Below are positions 48,472-61,000 of a stretch of 64,000 nucleotides of DNA, one piece after another. How positions within the stretch are numbered: the stretch's first letter is position 1; every line of letters begins with the position of its first letter. Under the pieces are notes generated by a model, which did not search any database, was not told the origin of the DNA, and was given only the letters and a program-made list of their open reading frames with translations. Source of the stretch: Eledone cirrhosa (lineage: Eukaryota); the NCBI GenBank assembly GCA_964016885.1, contig OZ024741.1, forward strand, positions 391,530,001-391,594,000, in the 5' to 3' direction. The translations under genes were made by a program, and so were the position numbers.

Positions 48472-48699
48472 ATGTCGTAGAACACGTCAATGGTAGCCGA
48501 TGGCCAGCCGGACAGGCGAGCTAGTAATTAAGTAAAAGTTGGTTAGAAGCGAAGTCAATGCAGGCAGGCAGATAGTTATTATAAGCGCGCGACGTTATAG
48601 CTATGTATCTATCTAAAAAGACAGAGTAAGAAAGCGAGAGGAATGCCGTATTATATATATTATGTAAAATTAAGGACCAGTAATGTAGTCAGCTTTATT

Positions 48700-48992
48700 A
48701 ATATAGATAGAGATTGACAATATACACAGAAATTTAATCCATGATACATTAATAAAAAAGCCGATATTATATATAAACTGCAAAATATATGAATGTTTAT
48801 TTAAGCGAGCGTTAACCGGAAGTGTTGCATTTGAAAATTTTAAAGAAGTGAATCTTTAAATAAACAAAATACCTTTAATCAAGAATAACGAAATTTAGTA
48901 CACAAAAATACCCTCACTTTTTTCCTTGGAAGAAGTTACATCTATGGTGCAAATTTGGTGCCGTTTGGTCCAGCCGTTTTGCCAAAAGTTTG

Positions 48993-49023
<31 letters not shown>

Positions 49024-49095
49024 CATACATACATACATACATACATACATACATACATACATACATACAATACATACGGCCGTCAGCTTTATTTA
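48700..49095 (-). mobile_element. Helitron-like 5' segment
   Basis: Reverse paralog of 32812-33022. Confidence 0.5.
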
Positions 49096-49099
49096 TATA

Positions 49100-49362
49100 T
49101 ATATAATGCAAAATATTAATAAATGGAGACGTTCACATAATCAAAATATATATTTTATTATATATATTTTGGAGGTACTGTGCTGTTTTTTTAGTACGTC
49201 CTCATCAGATAAAATACATGAATTGATGTATGACATACCTAAACTGTGTTGATGGAAAAAGCAGCACAGTACCTCCGAAATATATATAATAAAACATATA
49301 TTTTGATTATGTGAACGTCTTCATTTATTAATATTTTGAATAATATTAATAACTCCGGAAAA
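49100..49362. mobile_element. Fold-back copy of the 48280-48430 PLE terminus; decayed hammerhead 49153-49214 (-)
   Basis: 49100-49250 inverted relative to 48285-48428, then direct copy from the stem II loop at 49256. Confidence 0.8.
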
Positions 49363-49365
49363 CTT

Positions 49366-49643
49366 TTGACCCCGACGGCAGAGCTCAAGCCGTTTCTGAG
49401 GCTATTATATATATACACATAAACAATTATATAAAAATACACATATACACACACATATCTACAAAAAGTTACGTCACCACCTTAATAAAAATACACACAC
49501 ATATATATAAACATACACACACACACACACACATATAAATATATATATACACACACACAATTACAACAGAAGCATATAAAATACAATTATATACACACAT
49601 ACATATACATACAGATATATATAATTATATATACATATACATA

Positions 49644-49719
<76 letters not shown>

Positions 49720-51983
49720 TACACATATACGCAACACACACACACACACACACACAGAAATAAATATCTAAAAATAAAAAAGGTGGGTATGTAAAGGATT
49801 TTTTTACTTGCAAGGCCAACTTCGGATTTAGCCGGGTTATTCAGTCTACAACTAGGTCGATTAGTAAAGTCTAATTTATGGTCTTTAAGGGTAATATATA
49901 CTTTACGTTTAGCTAGGCTTTCAATCCGGTTGTCTATTTTTAAAGAACTAGCTAGTTCTTTAGCTTCTTTATTAATAGTATTGTAGGTGTTATTATTAGT
50001 TAATTAAGGGCGGTGGATTGGCAGTATCGGTAGAGGGTCGGACGCCATGCTTTGCAGCATAGTTACGTCCCTTTACGGACTGAGTTCAAATCCCGCCGAG
50101 GTTAACTTTGCCTTTCATCCTTACGGGGTCGATAAAATAAAGTACCAGTAATGCACTGGGTAATTGCTGGCCTTGTGCCTAAAGTAGAAACAATTATTAG
50201 TTAATTGATATTTGTTGGTGATACTATTAGTTAAAAGTTGGCCTTGCAAGTAAAAAAATCTTAAGAAAAATAATTCTCCAAATTAGAACTAAGACTAACA
50301 TATCACAATGGTTAAATACTTCCTCTGTTATTTCTTGGATTAATAATATACAAGGTAAAAATAAGTGTAGATTTACCCAATTTGATATTGTTGATTTTTA
50401 CCCCTCTATTACTGTTTCCTTATTAACTAAAGCCTTAGATTTTGCAAGACCCTTCATTAATATTTCTAAATTAGAAGAAGACATTATCTTTCATGCTAGA
50501 AAAACTCTACTCTTTACTAATGAAAGTATTTGGGTTAAAAAGTCAAACCCTGAAAACTCTTTTGATGTTGCAATGGGTTCATATGACAGTGCGGATGTGT
50601 GTGACTTAGTAGTATTATTCCTTCTCCACACCCTTAAAGAGAAATTTCCTTCCCATAATATCGGTTTCTACCGTGACGACGGATTGGCAGTTTCTCATAC
50701 CACCAACGGCCATAACCTTGATAAATTTCGTAAAGATTTAATCAATACTTTTGCTAATCTTAACCTTAAAATTACTATAGATACGAACCTTACCAATGCT
50801 AACTTTCTTAACATTAATCTTGATCTACTTACTGCCTCTTTTAAACATTATCATAAACCTAAAGAAAATCTTCGATATATACACAAAGAGTCTTGCCATC
50901 CCCCTATAGTTTTTAAAAATCTTATTCCCAACATTAGCCGTAGGATTCTACCTTATCTTCGTCTCTAGACATTTTTAATAAAGCCGCCCCTTATTATAAT
51001 AAAGCCCTTAATAACAGCGGATTTACAGAACACATTAATTATTTACCTACTCCTCCCTCTAAAACTAACCACAATAATAGGAAAAGGAAAATTATTTGGT
51101 TTACACCCCCTTCTCTCTAACTGTCAAAACTAATGTAGGAAGGAAATTCCTTGACCTCTTAGACAAACATTTCCCTCCTAATCATAGATATTATAAGATA
51201 TTTAATAGAAATGTAGTTAACATCAGTTACTCTTGCTGCCCATCAATGAAGTCTAAAATCACTAATTTTAATCGTACGAGAATAAATCCAGGATGCAATT
51301 GCAGGAAGCCGGATGAATTCCCATTACAGAGCAAATGTAACACCAAATCCGTTGTATATGAGGCCAAAGTGACACCTTTAATTAACAACCAGCCAGCCAG
51401 GAGTGAACGATATGTTGGCATGACTCAGGACAGGTTTAAAACCAGGTTTTATGCACATGTCGCTTCTTTTAAACACTCCGATAAAAGAACAGCAACGGCT
51501 CTCCCAAATAAGGTGTCGGAATTCAAGGATAAAAACATCCCGTACTCTATCGATTGGTCCATTCGAGGGAGTACCAAAGGGGCACAAAGAATTGTTCTTT
51601 GTGTACCACTGAAAAATTTAGGATTTTGCAAAACTTGAAAGCCACTTCAACTTGCCTGAACTCCAAGACTGAGATCTTCAGATGTTGTTCTCACCTGAAA
51701 TCACATCTGATCTGTAACTGGATTGACATTCCTACGATGACTCAACCACCTTGAACTTCTTCTCTGCTCTCTACGCCTTACATCCACTACGATTTTTTAA
51801 CTTTCTGAATTCACTTTCTGTACTCTTATATTCTTTTTCTCCCTTATCTCCCCTTATATTTAAACTTTTTCCTATGTCATTTATATTCCTTATTCCCCCC
51901 TACTTTCTACCTTACCCTTTACATACCCACCTTTTTTATTTTTAGATATTTATTTCTGTGTGTGTGTGTTGCGTATATGTGTA

Positions 51984-52037
<54 letters not shown>

Positions 52038-52129
52038 TATGTATGTATATGTATATGTATATATAATTATATATATTTGTATGTATATGTATGTGTATAT
52101 AATTGTATTTTATATGCTTCTGTTGTAAT

Positions 52130-52205
<76 letters not shown>

Positions 52206-52366
52206 GCTGTGTGTGTATGTTTATATATGTGTGTGTGTGTTTTTATTAAGGTGGTGACGTAACTTTTTGTAGATGTGTGTGTGTGTATATGTGTATTTTT
52301 ATATAATTGTTTATGTGTATATATATAATAGCCTCAGAAACGGCTTGAGCTCTGCCGTCGGGGTCA
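49366..52366 (+). mobile_element. Naiad-like PLE with inverted pseudo-LTR and inverted RT N-terminal segment
   Basis: FDIVDFYPSI, MGSYD, YRDDGL, CNCRKPDEFPL, YVGMT; 49366-49797 inverted vs 51917-52366; TLKDHK..CRLNNPAKSE on minus strand at 49800-49990. Confidence 0.9.
50006..50192 (+). mobile_element. tRNA-derived SINE with 14-bp TSD
   Basis: attattagttaatt at 49992-50005 and 50193-50206. Confidence 0.93.
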
Positions 52367-52437
52367 TACTTTTTCCTATATGTATATATATATGTATGTA
52401 TATATGTGTGTATTTGTATGGTTGTGTGTGTGTGTGT

Positions 52438-52544
<107 letters not shown>

Positions 52545-52792
52545 CGTGTTTGTATGTATATGCATAATTACATACAGTGATTTAATGCTTATTTTCATTG
52601 ATCATTTGCTCCAGGAACTTGTTGAGTGCTCTAAATCAGCTATAAACATTTATACCCTTATCTATTTATTTATTTATTTATTATTTGTCGTATTCCCAAC
52701 TATTTGTTTACCCCTTTCACCTTTTTTAGTTTTATTTTTATTTTTATATATATATAATATTTATGCATTTTCTTATATATATATGTGTATGT

Positions 52793-52851
<59 letters not shown>

Positions 52852-52946
52852 TATTTATATATATATATATATATAATGAAAAAATCCTGGTGTATTTATT
52901 GACAGTGGATTTTAAAATCCACTGTCAATAAATACACCAGGATTTT

Positions 52947-53006
52947 TTCATTCTGATGATTGAAGGCAAAATTTGTTTGCTTTCAAGAAACCACTGGTAA
53001 ATGGAA
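52947..53006 (+). ncRNA. Type I hammerhead ribozyme, intact core
   Basis: ttcatt-CTGATGA-ttgaaggcaaa/tttgctttcaa-GAAA-cc act gg-TA-aatgga. Confidence 0.85.
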
Positions 53007-53031
53007 TAATTGCCTTATGTTGTTTATTACA

Positions 53032-53076
<45 letters not shown>

Positions 53077-53117
53077 ATATTAAATAAATGGAAGCTATAT
53101 TTATAAAACCATATTTA

Positions 53118-53175
53118 TTCTATTATATATATTTCAAGGGTACCAAAAACTTTGGTACGTTCTCATCAGATAAAA
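53118..53175 (-). ncRNA. Minimal type I hammerhead ribozyme
   Basis: ttttat-CTGATGA-..gtaccaa/ttggtac..-GAAA-tatata-TA-atagaa. Confidence 0.75.
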
Positions 53176-53265
53176 TACAAAGTCTGTTTTATAAATATTG
53201 ACAAATCCAGGAATCTTAACGGTTCAAGTTTTTCCTGGATATATACATATGTGTGTGTGTGTGTG

Positions 53266-53302
<37 letters not shown>

Positions 53303-54402
53303 GGAAATACAGCATATTCGAAGCCATAGCCTCAGCCAAGCCAACGAATGCTTTCAGCAGTGCAGCCAAGCACTCGACAAGGTATAGGACCTCAGAGTAA
53401 TAACATACAGTTTAAAGGGCTTTGCAAAATGAAGACAGCGACCGGTAATTTGGCCGGGTTCCGTAGCTACGAAAGAACTGACTCGTGAGAAAAAATTCAT
53501 ACACATATACATATACATATATATATATATATATAAATATACACATATACACATATATACATATAACAAACCTGGACCATCACCTCGAATATTTTGCAAT
53601 ATCTCAGTTACGTTTCTGTAAAACCGAAATCAACAAAATCTGCTTACAGTGTATGCAAGTTAAGTTTCTGGAAGATCGAACAAGGATTTACTTTCTCAAC
53701 AGGCATTCCGTTCTGACGCCAATTTGGATGTGTGGGCACATATATATATATATCATTTTTTAACTTACTATTTTCATCCTCTTTCTTATCTCTAATCTGC
53801 ATTTCTTTCTTTTAGAATCTTCAATATTTTAGTATTGTTATCGTATTACAGTGCGAATGACGTCTGATGAATGACAATAAACTCACACAGCTATTGTTTA
53901 TGCACCTGCAACCAATCAAACGGCTTCCTTTTATACATTTTTTGGTTGAATATCTCTATTAACGCATTCCTGTTCCGTGCCTCGGGTTTTTTGTGAAAAT
54001 CGAAAACCTGAAACACGGAATTACAAAATCATAAGTTTCAGCTTTAATAATAAAATCTGCTTAACACTTGACTTCCTTGTTGGCAGTCTTTTCTCCTTAT
54101 TCTTGTTATATTTACTTGTTTTCACATGCACAGACACGTGAACACACTTATACATAAAAAGACGTTGACACAATATATATACACACGCGCATACATACAC
54201 ACATACGTACACACACTTATATACATATATATATAAACATATACATACATTTATACATATATACGCTTAGTGCTGACGGTCGTTTTTTTTCTATATATGC
54301 TGTTTCTCCATTCCATAAAATGTAATCTTGTAAGTATACAGGAGAAACTCCAGAGTAAGAAGACTCAAACTTGGCTTTTAATAAAGTTTATATATATATA
54401 CC

Positions 54403-54464
<62 letters not shown>

Positions 54465-54467
54465 CGC

Positions 54468-54523
<56 letters not shown>

Positions 54524-54640
54524 CAACCAACCAAGTAAATACTTGTATATCACGGACAATGTGACGGGTATAAAAGGACACTAGAAATAGCTCACATATA
54601 ACCCATCTATCAACTCAACAATTAAGGAGTAGTCAATAAC

Positions 54641-54762
54641 CAAATCTGTCAACTCTCCCCGTCCGATGGGGAGATCTCCCATTTTGCCTCATTTCTCCCC
54701 GTTTTGGGGCACTTTTTTTCATGGTACTCCCCGTTTGGGATTTTTAGAGGTTGGCAGGTCTG
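54641..54762. mobile_element. MITE
   Basis: Imperfect TIR CAAATCTGTCAAC / GTTGGCAGGTCTG, flanked by direct repeat CAATAAC. Confidence 0.6.
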
Positions 54763-55199
54763 CAATAACATACAGAAGATTATTTATCACAGAGACATCT
54801 CGATGTAAACATAGCTAAATTTATCTACGCATGGAATCAGTAAGGATTAATTCTGTTTATTAACAGGTAAATATTGCTTTACACTTTCAAAGAATGCCCT
54901 CTGAAGAGATTAATGGTGAAGCTGTCTTATTTTAGGTTGCTTTACTGTGATACATATAGAATAACTTTAATAAAAGTTATTCTATATGTATACTAGGTTG
55001 CTCCATTTTGCAAACTATTCGCCATTCATCTCGTGTCGATTACGTTTGTGTTTGAGTTGATAAATTAACGATGTAAATCAATAGAATAATATTCAAAGGT
55101 TGCATATTTTCACATTCTTTTGTTTACGATGATTGTTTAGATCTGGCCTGTAGTATATTGTCCTTTCTGTTCACTTTACTAAATCAATGTGGAAATCAT

Positions 55200-56130
55200 A
55201 TGACAGAACGAAATGAATTGAAAATAAGCAAGAGGAATACGTTCGAAATACACAATAATATTGGGGCTAAATAAAGAGACACTTTTTTAAAGAAATTTAT
55301 AACCAGAAATAACTTTTTGTAGATCTCTTGACTTACATAGTACAAGCTTAGGTTGTTCCTTCAACAGAAACATATATGGCCTTGGTCATCCAACGAGCCT
55401 GGTGATAAGCTCATGGAATCGTGAAGGGGAACTGGGGAGATAGCCAACCACCAAGATAGAAAAGGGAAAGCTATATGAACTCGACATAGTCTTCTCAGGG
55501 ATGATCTCCACAAAGCAGTACAGCCAGTTGATATTCAACCCTCACCACCTTTTTTTTGCATGTAAAAATTTCCATTGGCTCATCATCATCCAGGATAGTT
55601 TGCTAATAAGACTTATCGATGGAGTCCAAACGTTCCTAACATTTTTTGAACATTGGGATACTGAAACCAGATGATGGGAAAAAGATCTTGAAAAAATGTA
55701 ATGGCGGCAAGCCAGCCATAAGAGGAATATTTTCAGAGCTACTTCAATGTTTGTATTGGCTCTTTGATGCATGCCGGTGGTGTTGAAGGACATACCAATT
55801 ATTCTATTCTCAATTTTAAGCAGTCGAATTTCCTTCAAACCAAATTCAGCGACTTGTCCTCCGGTTCCATCTTTTGCAATAGGAACACATAAGAGCTCCT
55901 CCTTTCCTTTTCCCATAACTAATACTACAATCCGACCTTCGAGTGTGCTAGTTAGAGAAACCGATGGTAATGATTCTCTATCCCAGTAGAGGACTAGCCA
56001 GGATCTGTTTTCTGGTGGGAACGCGGATAACTCGATTTCCTGAGCCATCATCTCACAGTGACTGGTTCTTTCTCGATAAATAGTTGAGGGTGAAATCAGA
56101 CACATCATGACCAAGACTCTCGAACCGAAT
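55200..56130 (-). pseudogene. Decayed DDE transposase, hATm-like
   Basis: LYWD, GTG, FNTT, LLWLACRH, HQARWMTKAIY motifs (family assignment from memory). Confidence 0.7.
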
Positions 56131-56139
56131 ATTAATAAT

Positions 56140-56311
56140 TGTTTCTACTTTTGGCAGAAGGCCAACAAATACCCAGTGCATTACTGGTGCTTTATTTTAT
56201 CGACCCTGTAAGGATGAAAGGCAAAGTTAACCTCGGCGGGATTTGAACTCCGAACGTAAAGGGTCATTAATCTATGCTGCAAAACATGGTGTCTGATGCT
56301 CCACCGATACT
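56140..56311 (-). mobile_element. tRNA-derived SINE, more diverged
   Basis: Family match. Confidence 0.85.
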
Positions 56312-56815
56312 ACACATTTAGGTATCCCCCATGTTAGAGTGAAAATAATTTTTGTTTATATATGGTGGGTTATTTGATTATTTAGAGCCCCGTACTTTAC
56401 TGGCACTGTATCCGGAAGGGTAAAAGGCAAAGTTGATCTCTATGTGTGGGATAGTGCCGACAGAAGGTGCCGACAGAAATATCACAACGTATTTTGTCCG
56501 ATGCTCTAAAGAAACTGCCAACCCACTAAATAAAAAATATTTTCACAATCTCATTTTGAAATATTTCCGTATGTGTCACCCGAAGTTATTGTATTGCAAG
56601 TTTTCTGATCTAAGGAAGCCCTTTCATTCTTTCATTCGTGTTTTTATATTTCTTTCAATCATTAGATTGCAGTCATTCCGGGACAAGGCTTTGAAAAGAT
56701 TTATTCGATCATATCGAACATACTTATGTTTAGAAGTCTATCACTTATTCATCGATCTTCTTTTGTCGAACTGCTAGGTTACAGGACATAAAATAGCACG
56801 GACACAAACACACAT

Positions 56816-56907
<92 letters not shown>

Positions 56908-57123
56908 GTGTGTGTTCGTACCAAATTTCACTCAGAAATCATTGGTGGAAACTATGTAGAGTACAAGAAACTTATCCAAGGTACCACACAGTGGGACTAA
57001 ACCCGAAACCTCGTAGTTGCGAAGCGAACCCCTTAGTCACACAACCTGCGTTTGATCTCAAGTCGAGAAAAGAGATGACACTGTCATCTCTGCACCGTTG
57101 TTGTAGGTGGCGCTGGTGTAATT

Positions 57124-57308
57124 GAAAGAAAGAAAGAAAGATAGAAAGATAGAAAGAAAGATAGGAAGGAAGAAAGAAAGAAAAGAAGAAAGAAAGAAAG
57201 AAAGAGCTTGAGTTGAACAAAGATAGAAAGATAGGAAGAAAGAAAGAAAGAAAGAAGAAAGAAAGAAAGATAGATAGATAGAAAGATAGAAAGATAGAAA
57301 GAAAGATA

Positions 57309-57340
<32 letters not shown>

Positions 57341-57446
57341 TAAAGATAGAAAGAAAGAAAGAGCTTGAGTTGAACAAAGATAGAAAGATAGGAAGAAAGA
57401 AAGAAAGAAAGAAAGAAAGATGGAAAGATAGAAAGAAAGAAAGATA

Positions 57447-57488
<42 letters not shown>

Positions 57489-57607
57489 AAGAAAGAAAGA
57501 AAGAGCTTGAGTTGAACAAAGATAGAAAGATAGGAAGAAAGAAAGAAGAAAAAAAGAAAGAAAGAAAGAAAGAAAGAAAGATGGAAAGATAGAAATAAAG
57601 AAAGATA

Positions 57608-57665
<58 letters not shown>

Positions 57666-57902
57666 AAGAAAGAAAGAGCTTGAGTTGAACAAAGATAGAA
57701 AGATAGGAAGAAAGAAAGAAGAAAAAAAGAAAGAAAGAAAGAAAGAAAGAAAGAGCTTGAGTTGAACAAAGATAGAAAGTTAGGAAGAAAGAAAGAAAGA
57801 AAGAGCTTGATAGGAAGAAAGAAAGAAGAAAAAAAGAAAGAAAGAAAGAAAGAGCTTTAGTTGAACAAAGATAGAAAGATAGGAAGAAAGAAAGATGAAA
57901 AA

Positions 57903-57934
<32 letters not shown>

Positions 57935-58003
57935 GCTTGAGTTGAACAAAGATAGAAAGATAGGAAGAAAGATAGAAAGAAAGAAAGAAAGAAAGATAGA
58001 TAT
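57124..58003. repeat. Compound (GAAA)n/GATA satellite with recurrent unique core
   Basis: About 7 copies of GAGCTTGAGTTGAACAAAGATAGAAAGATAGGAA plus one truncated. Confidence 0.95.
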
Positions 58004-61000
58004 ATTTCTTTTATTTGCCACTAGGGCATCAAAAGTGGGACAAGTACAAAGGGGGGAGTTTACACAAAAAGGCGTCCTCAATAAGGAGGAGGCAATAACA
58101 AAATATAAAAATAAAATAAGATATAACAAAAAATAAAATTTTTAACAAAATCCTCAATAGAGAGGAGGCGCCTTGGGGGGTCGCACACACCCCCGAAAAA
58201 AGTGTGCAACCCTTCTCCTCAGGAGCACAGAGAAGGGGTGCTCCCTTGGTCTTTCATCTTCCTCACCTATAGTCTGATGTAGAGTGAAGGCCCATTCACA
58301 CGGGCCATTCTCGCCACTTTCACCCATCTTTCATAGAAACGGCTGGGGTGCAGCACCTCTCTCTCCATCCTGATCCTTCTTCCGAAATGATATCGGAAGA
58401 AACGGACCAGTTGTTGGCCAGAGAGAAAGGTGCCCGACCTCAGTCCTTTCAGACGCGTCCACCATACAACCTCTTTCGCCATGGCTATTACGCACAGAAA
58501 CACCGCCTCTGCTTCATCTTTGAAGGGGGGAGGCGGCTTGATCATTACAATAGACTCGGTGGTCAACCGGATCGGTCCCACCCTTGACAGCAGTTGTTCG
58601 ACATAGCCCCACAGATCGGCTACGCCCGAGCAGTGTACTAATGCGTGTGCAACGGTTTCCTCGTCGCACACGCATCTGGGACAGATCTTTTTGGCGGGGT
58701 CCCTACCCGGGCGCCCGTGTCTGTAGAGCCTTTCTCGAACGGGTAAAGCCCCTCGGTAGCACTGCCAGGCCAGGGACTTCTGGAAGTTGTCCATAGGTCC
58801 CGGGCTGAATGTCCTACCGAACAGGCTGGCCAGTTCGTCCTCCTCCATGTCTAGGGCTTCTCCGAGGGCGTCGTCGCACCTGCTGCGTACTAGCCCTCTA
58901 TAGAATGTTGCGGTGGAGTCTCCACTGATAACCGGATCCGCCTGCCAGAGGGCGGTGAGCGCCTGGGCACACTCAGTGTGCCAGGCGCCCAGTTTTCTCG
59001 GTCTTTGCTTGACCCAGGATTGCAGCTCGGTGAGTGAGACGAGTCTGGGAAAGGTTCGTCTCACAAACGAGGCCCACACCGGTTGTCCGGTGAGGAATAC
59101 GTAGAGGTGCCGTAGCCTTAATGCGTGTTTACGCATCATTAGCCACGGCATCCCCAGCCCTCCTTTCGAAGGGTGTTGACAGCAGATGGATCTCCTCACC
59201 ATAGGAGCCCGCCTCTTCCAAAGGAATTGGAAGAGCGCGCGCTCCATCTTGGTGAGGGTTTCCCTTGGGCAGGGCACTACGGTCAGGCGGTAGTAGATGA
59301 CGGACGCTATGTAGGTGTTCGCCACCTCCGCCCGGCCTTTCAGGGATAGTTTGCAACTGGCCCACTTCTGGGTCAGTGCAAACACCCTGTTCGTAACCTC
59401 CGCCCAGTTTTTCTCCACCTGGAGGTCCGGTCCGAACCAGACCCCGAGCAACTTCACCGGGCCCTCCGTCCAGCGTCCGACGACGCTATCGGAGGGCATC
59501 GGTCTGCCCCTCCACGTGCCGAGTTGCAAACCGATCGACTTGTCCCGGTTCAGCTTAGCCCCTGTGAACTTTTCGTACTCCTCCAGTAAGGTGCCGACCG
59601 CCTCGATTTCGGAGGCCGTCGACACCATTACTGTCACGTCATCGGCGTAGGCCGACACCGCTTTCCGCAATCCCGGTTCCAAAGGGATGCCCTGCAACAA
59701 CTCCAACTTCCGCAGTAGTGGCTCGAGAGTCAACACATACAGAAGGGAGGAGAGAGGGCACCCTTGTCGGATGGACCGCGCGATTTTGAACGGCTCCGAG
59801 AGGTAGCCGTTCACCTTGACCCTAGAGCAGATGCGGCTGCTGTGCATAGCAGTGATCCAGCCCCTGAAAACGGGTCCGAAGCCTGCCGCCGCTAGCACCG
59901 CATCCAGGTAACCATGGTCGACCCTATCGAACGCCTTAGATTGATCCAAGTTGATCAGAGCCCCACCAAAGCCGGGTTCGTTCCCAACCCTCTCTATGAT
60001 GTATCGCATGAGGTGGAGGTTGTCATGGATGGACCTGGACGGGATAGCGCATGTCTGCGCATCTCCCACCAGGTTGCCCACGACAAGCGCCAACCTCTTT
60101 GCTAGCACCTTGGCCAAAATCTGTAACTCTGTATTTAGCAGTGTTATGGGCCTGAAGTTACTTATTTCGTCCCCCTTGTTCTCGTCCTTCCTCACTAGCG
60201 TGACTACGCCCTTGGTCACAGTACAGGGAATTCTCCCGTTCTGTTGCCAGTTGCAGTAGACCGCCTCGAGGAGATCGGGGAACAAGTCCGGCATAGCTAG
60301 ATATAATTCGTAAGGAAGACCATCGAGACCCGGGGATTTGCGTTTGCCGCATTGGCTCAGCACGTCCTCTATCTCAGCGGCCGAAATCGGCTCTTCGCAG
60401 GACTTCGCCTCCCTGTCCGAGAGGCGCGGCAGGCCGTCGAGGTATGGACCGAAGTCCACGTTCCCAACCGGCTCCCCGCCCCTCCCGAACAGTCGGGCAA
60501 AGTGCCTTTGAAAGGCCTCACACATCTGCTTAGGCTCAAGAATCGCCCGTCCATCCAGGTCTCGCAAAGACCGGATGGTGGATTTAGTTCCACTGTTGGC
60601 CTCTGTCACGCGGGCCCAGCTAACAGCTTTGGTCCCCTCGTTCCCTAGAGCACGTATTTTACTTCGGACAACGCAGCCTTCGTGCTTCGCGTCGAAAAAC
60701 TGGCTCAAAGCCGTTCTCGACGCTAGCACTCTGGCCACGTCGCCGCTTCTAATTGCCTCTTCTACTCTATCTATTAGCTCCCTTTCCTTCCTATTCCTAT
60801 CCGCAGCTAGAACCTTACTAAATTCTATCGAGACTACTCTAATCTCTCTCTTTAGAGATACCCACCACCTGCTGTTGACGATCGCTCCAGTCAACCGTTC
60901 CTTAACTAACGTACTAATCCGATTCCTGTAGGCTCTACTTGCCGGCAAGGACAAGTTGAGCTTCCAGTAACCGGGGCCCTGTCTATGAGTTCTGTCAAGG

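Noticed and set aside
53560-54120. Possible host exon or promoter (CCAAT, non-repetitive sequence)
   Set aside because: No recognisable protein motif or convincing splice structure
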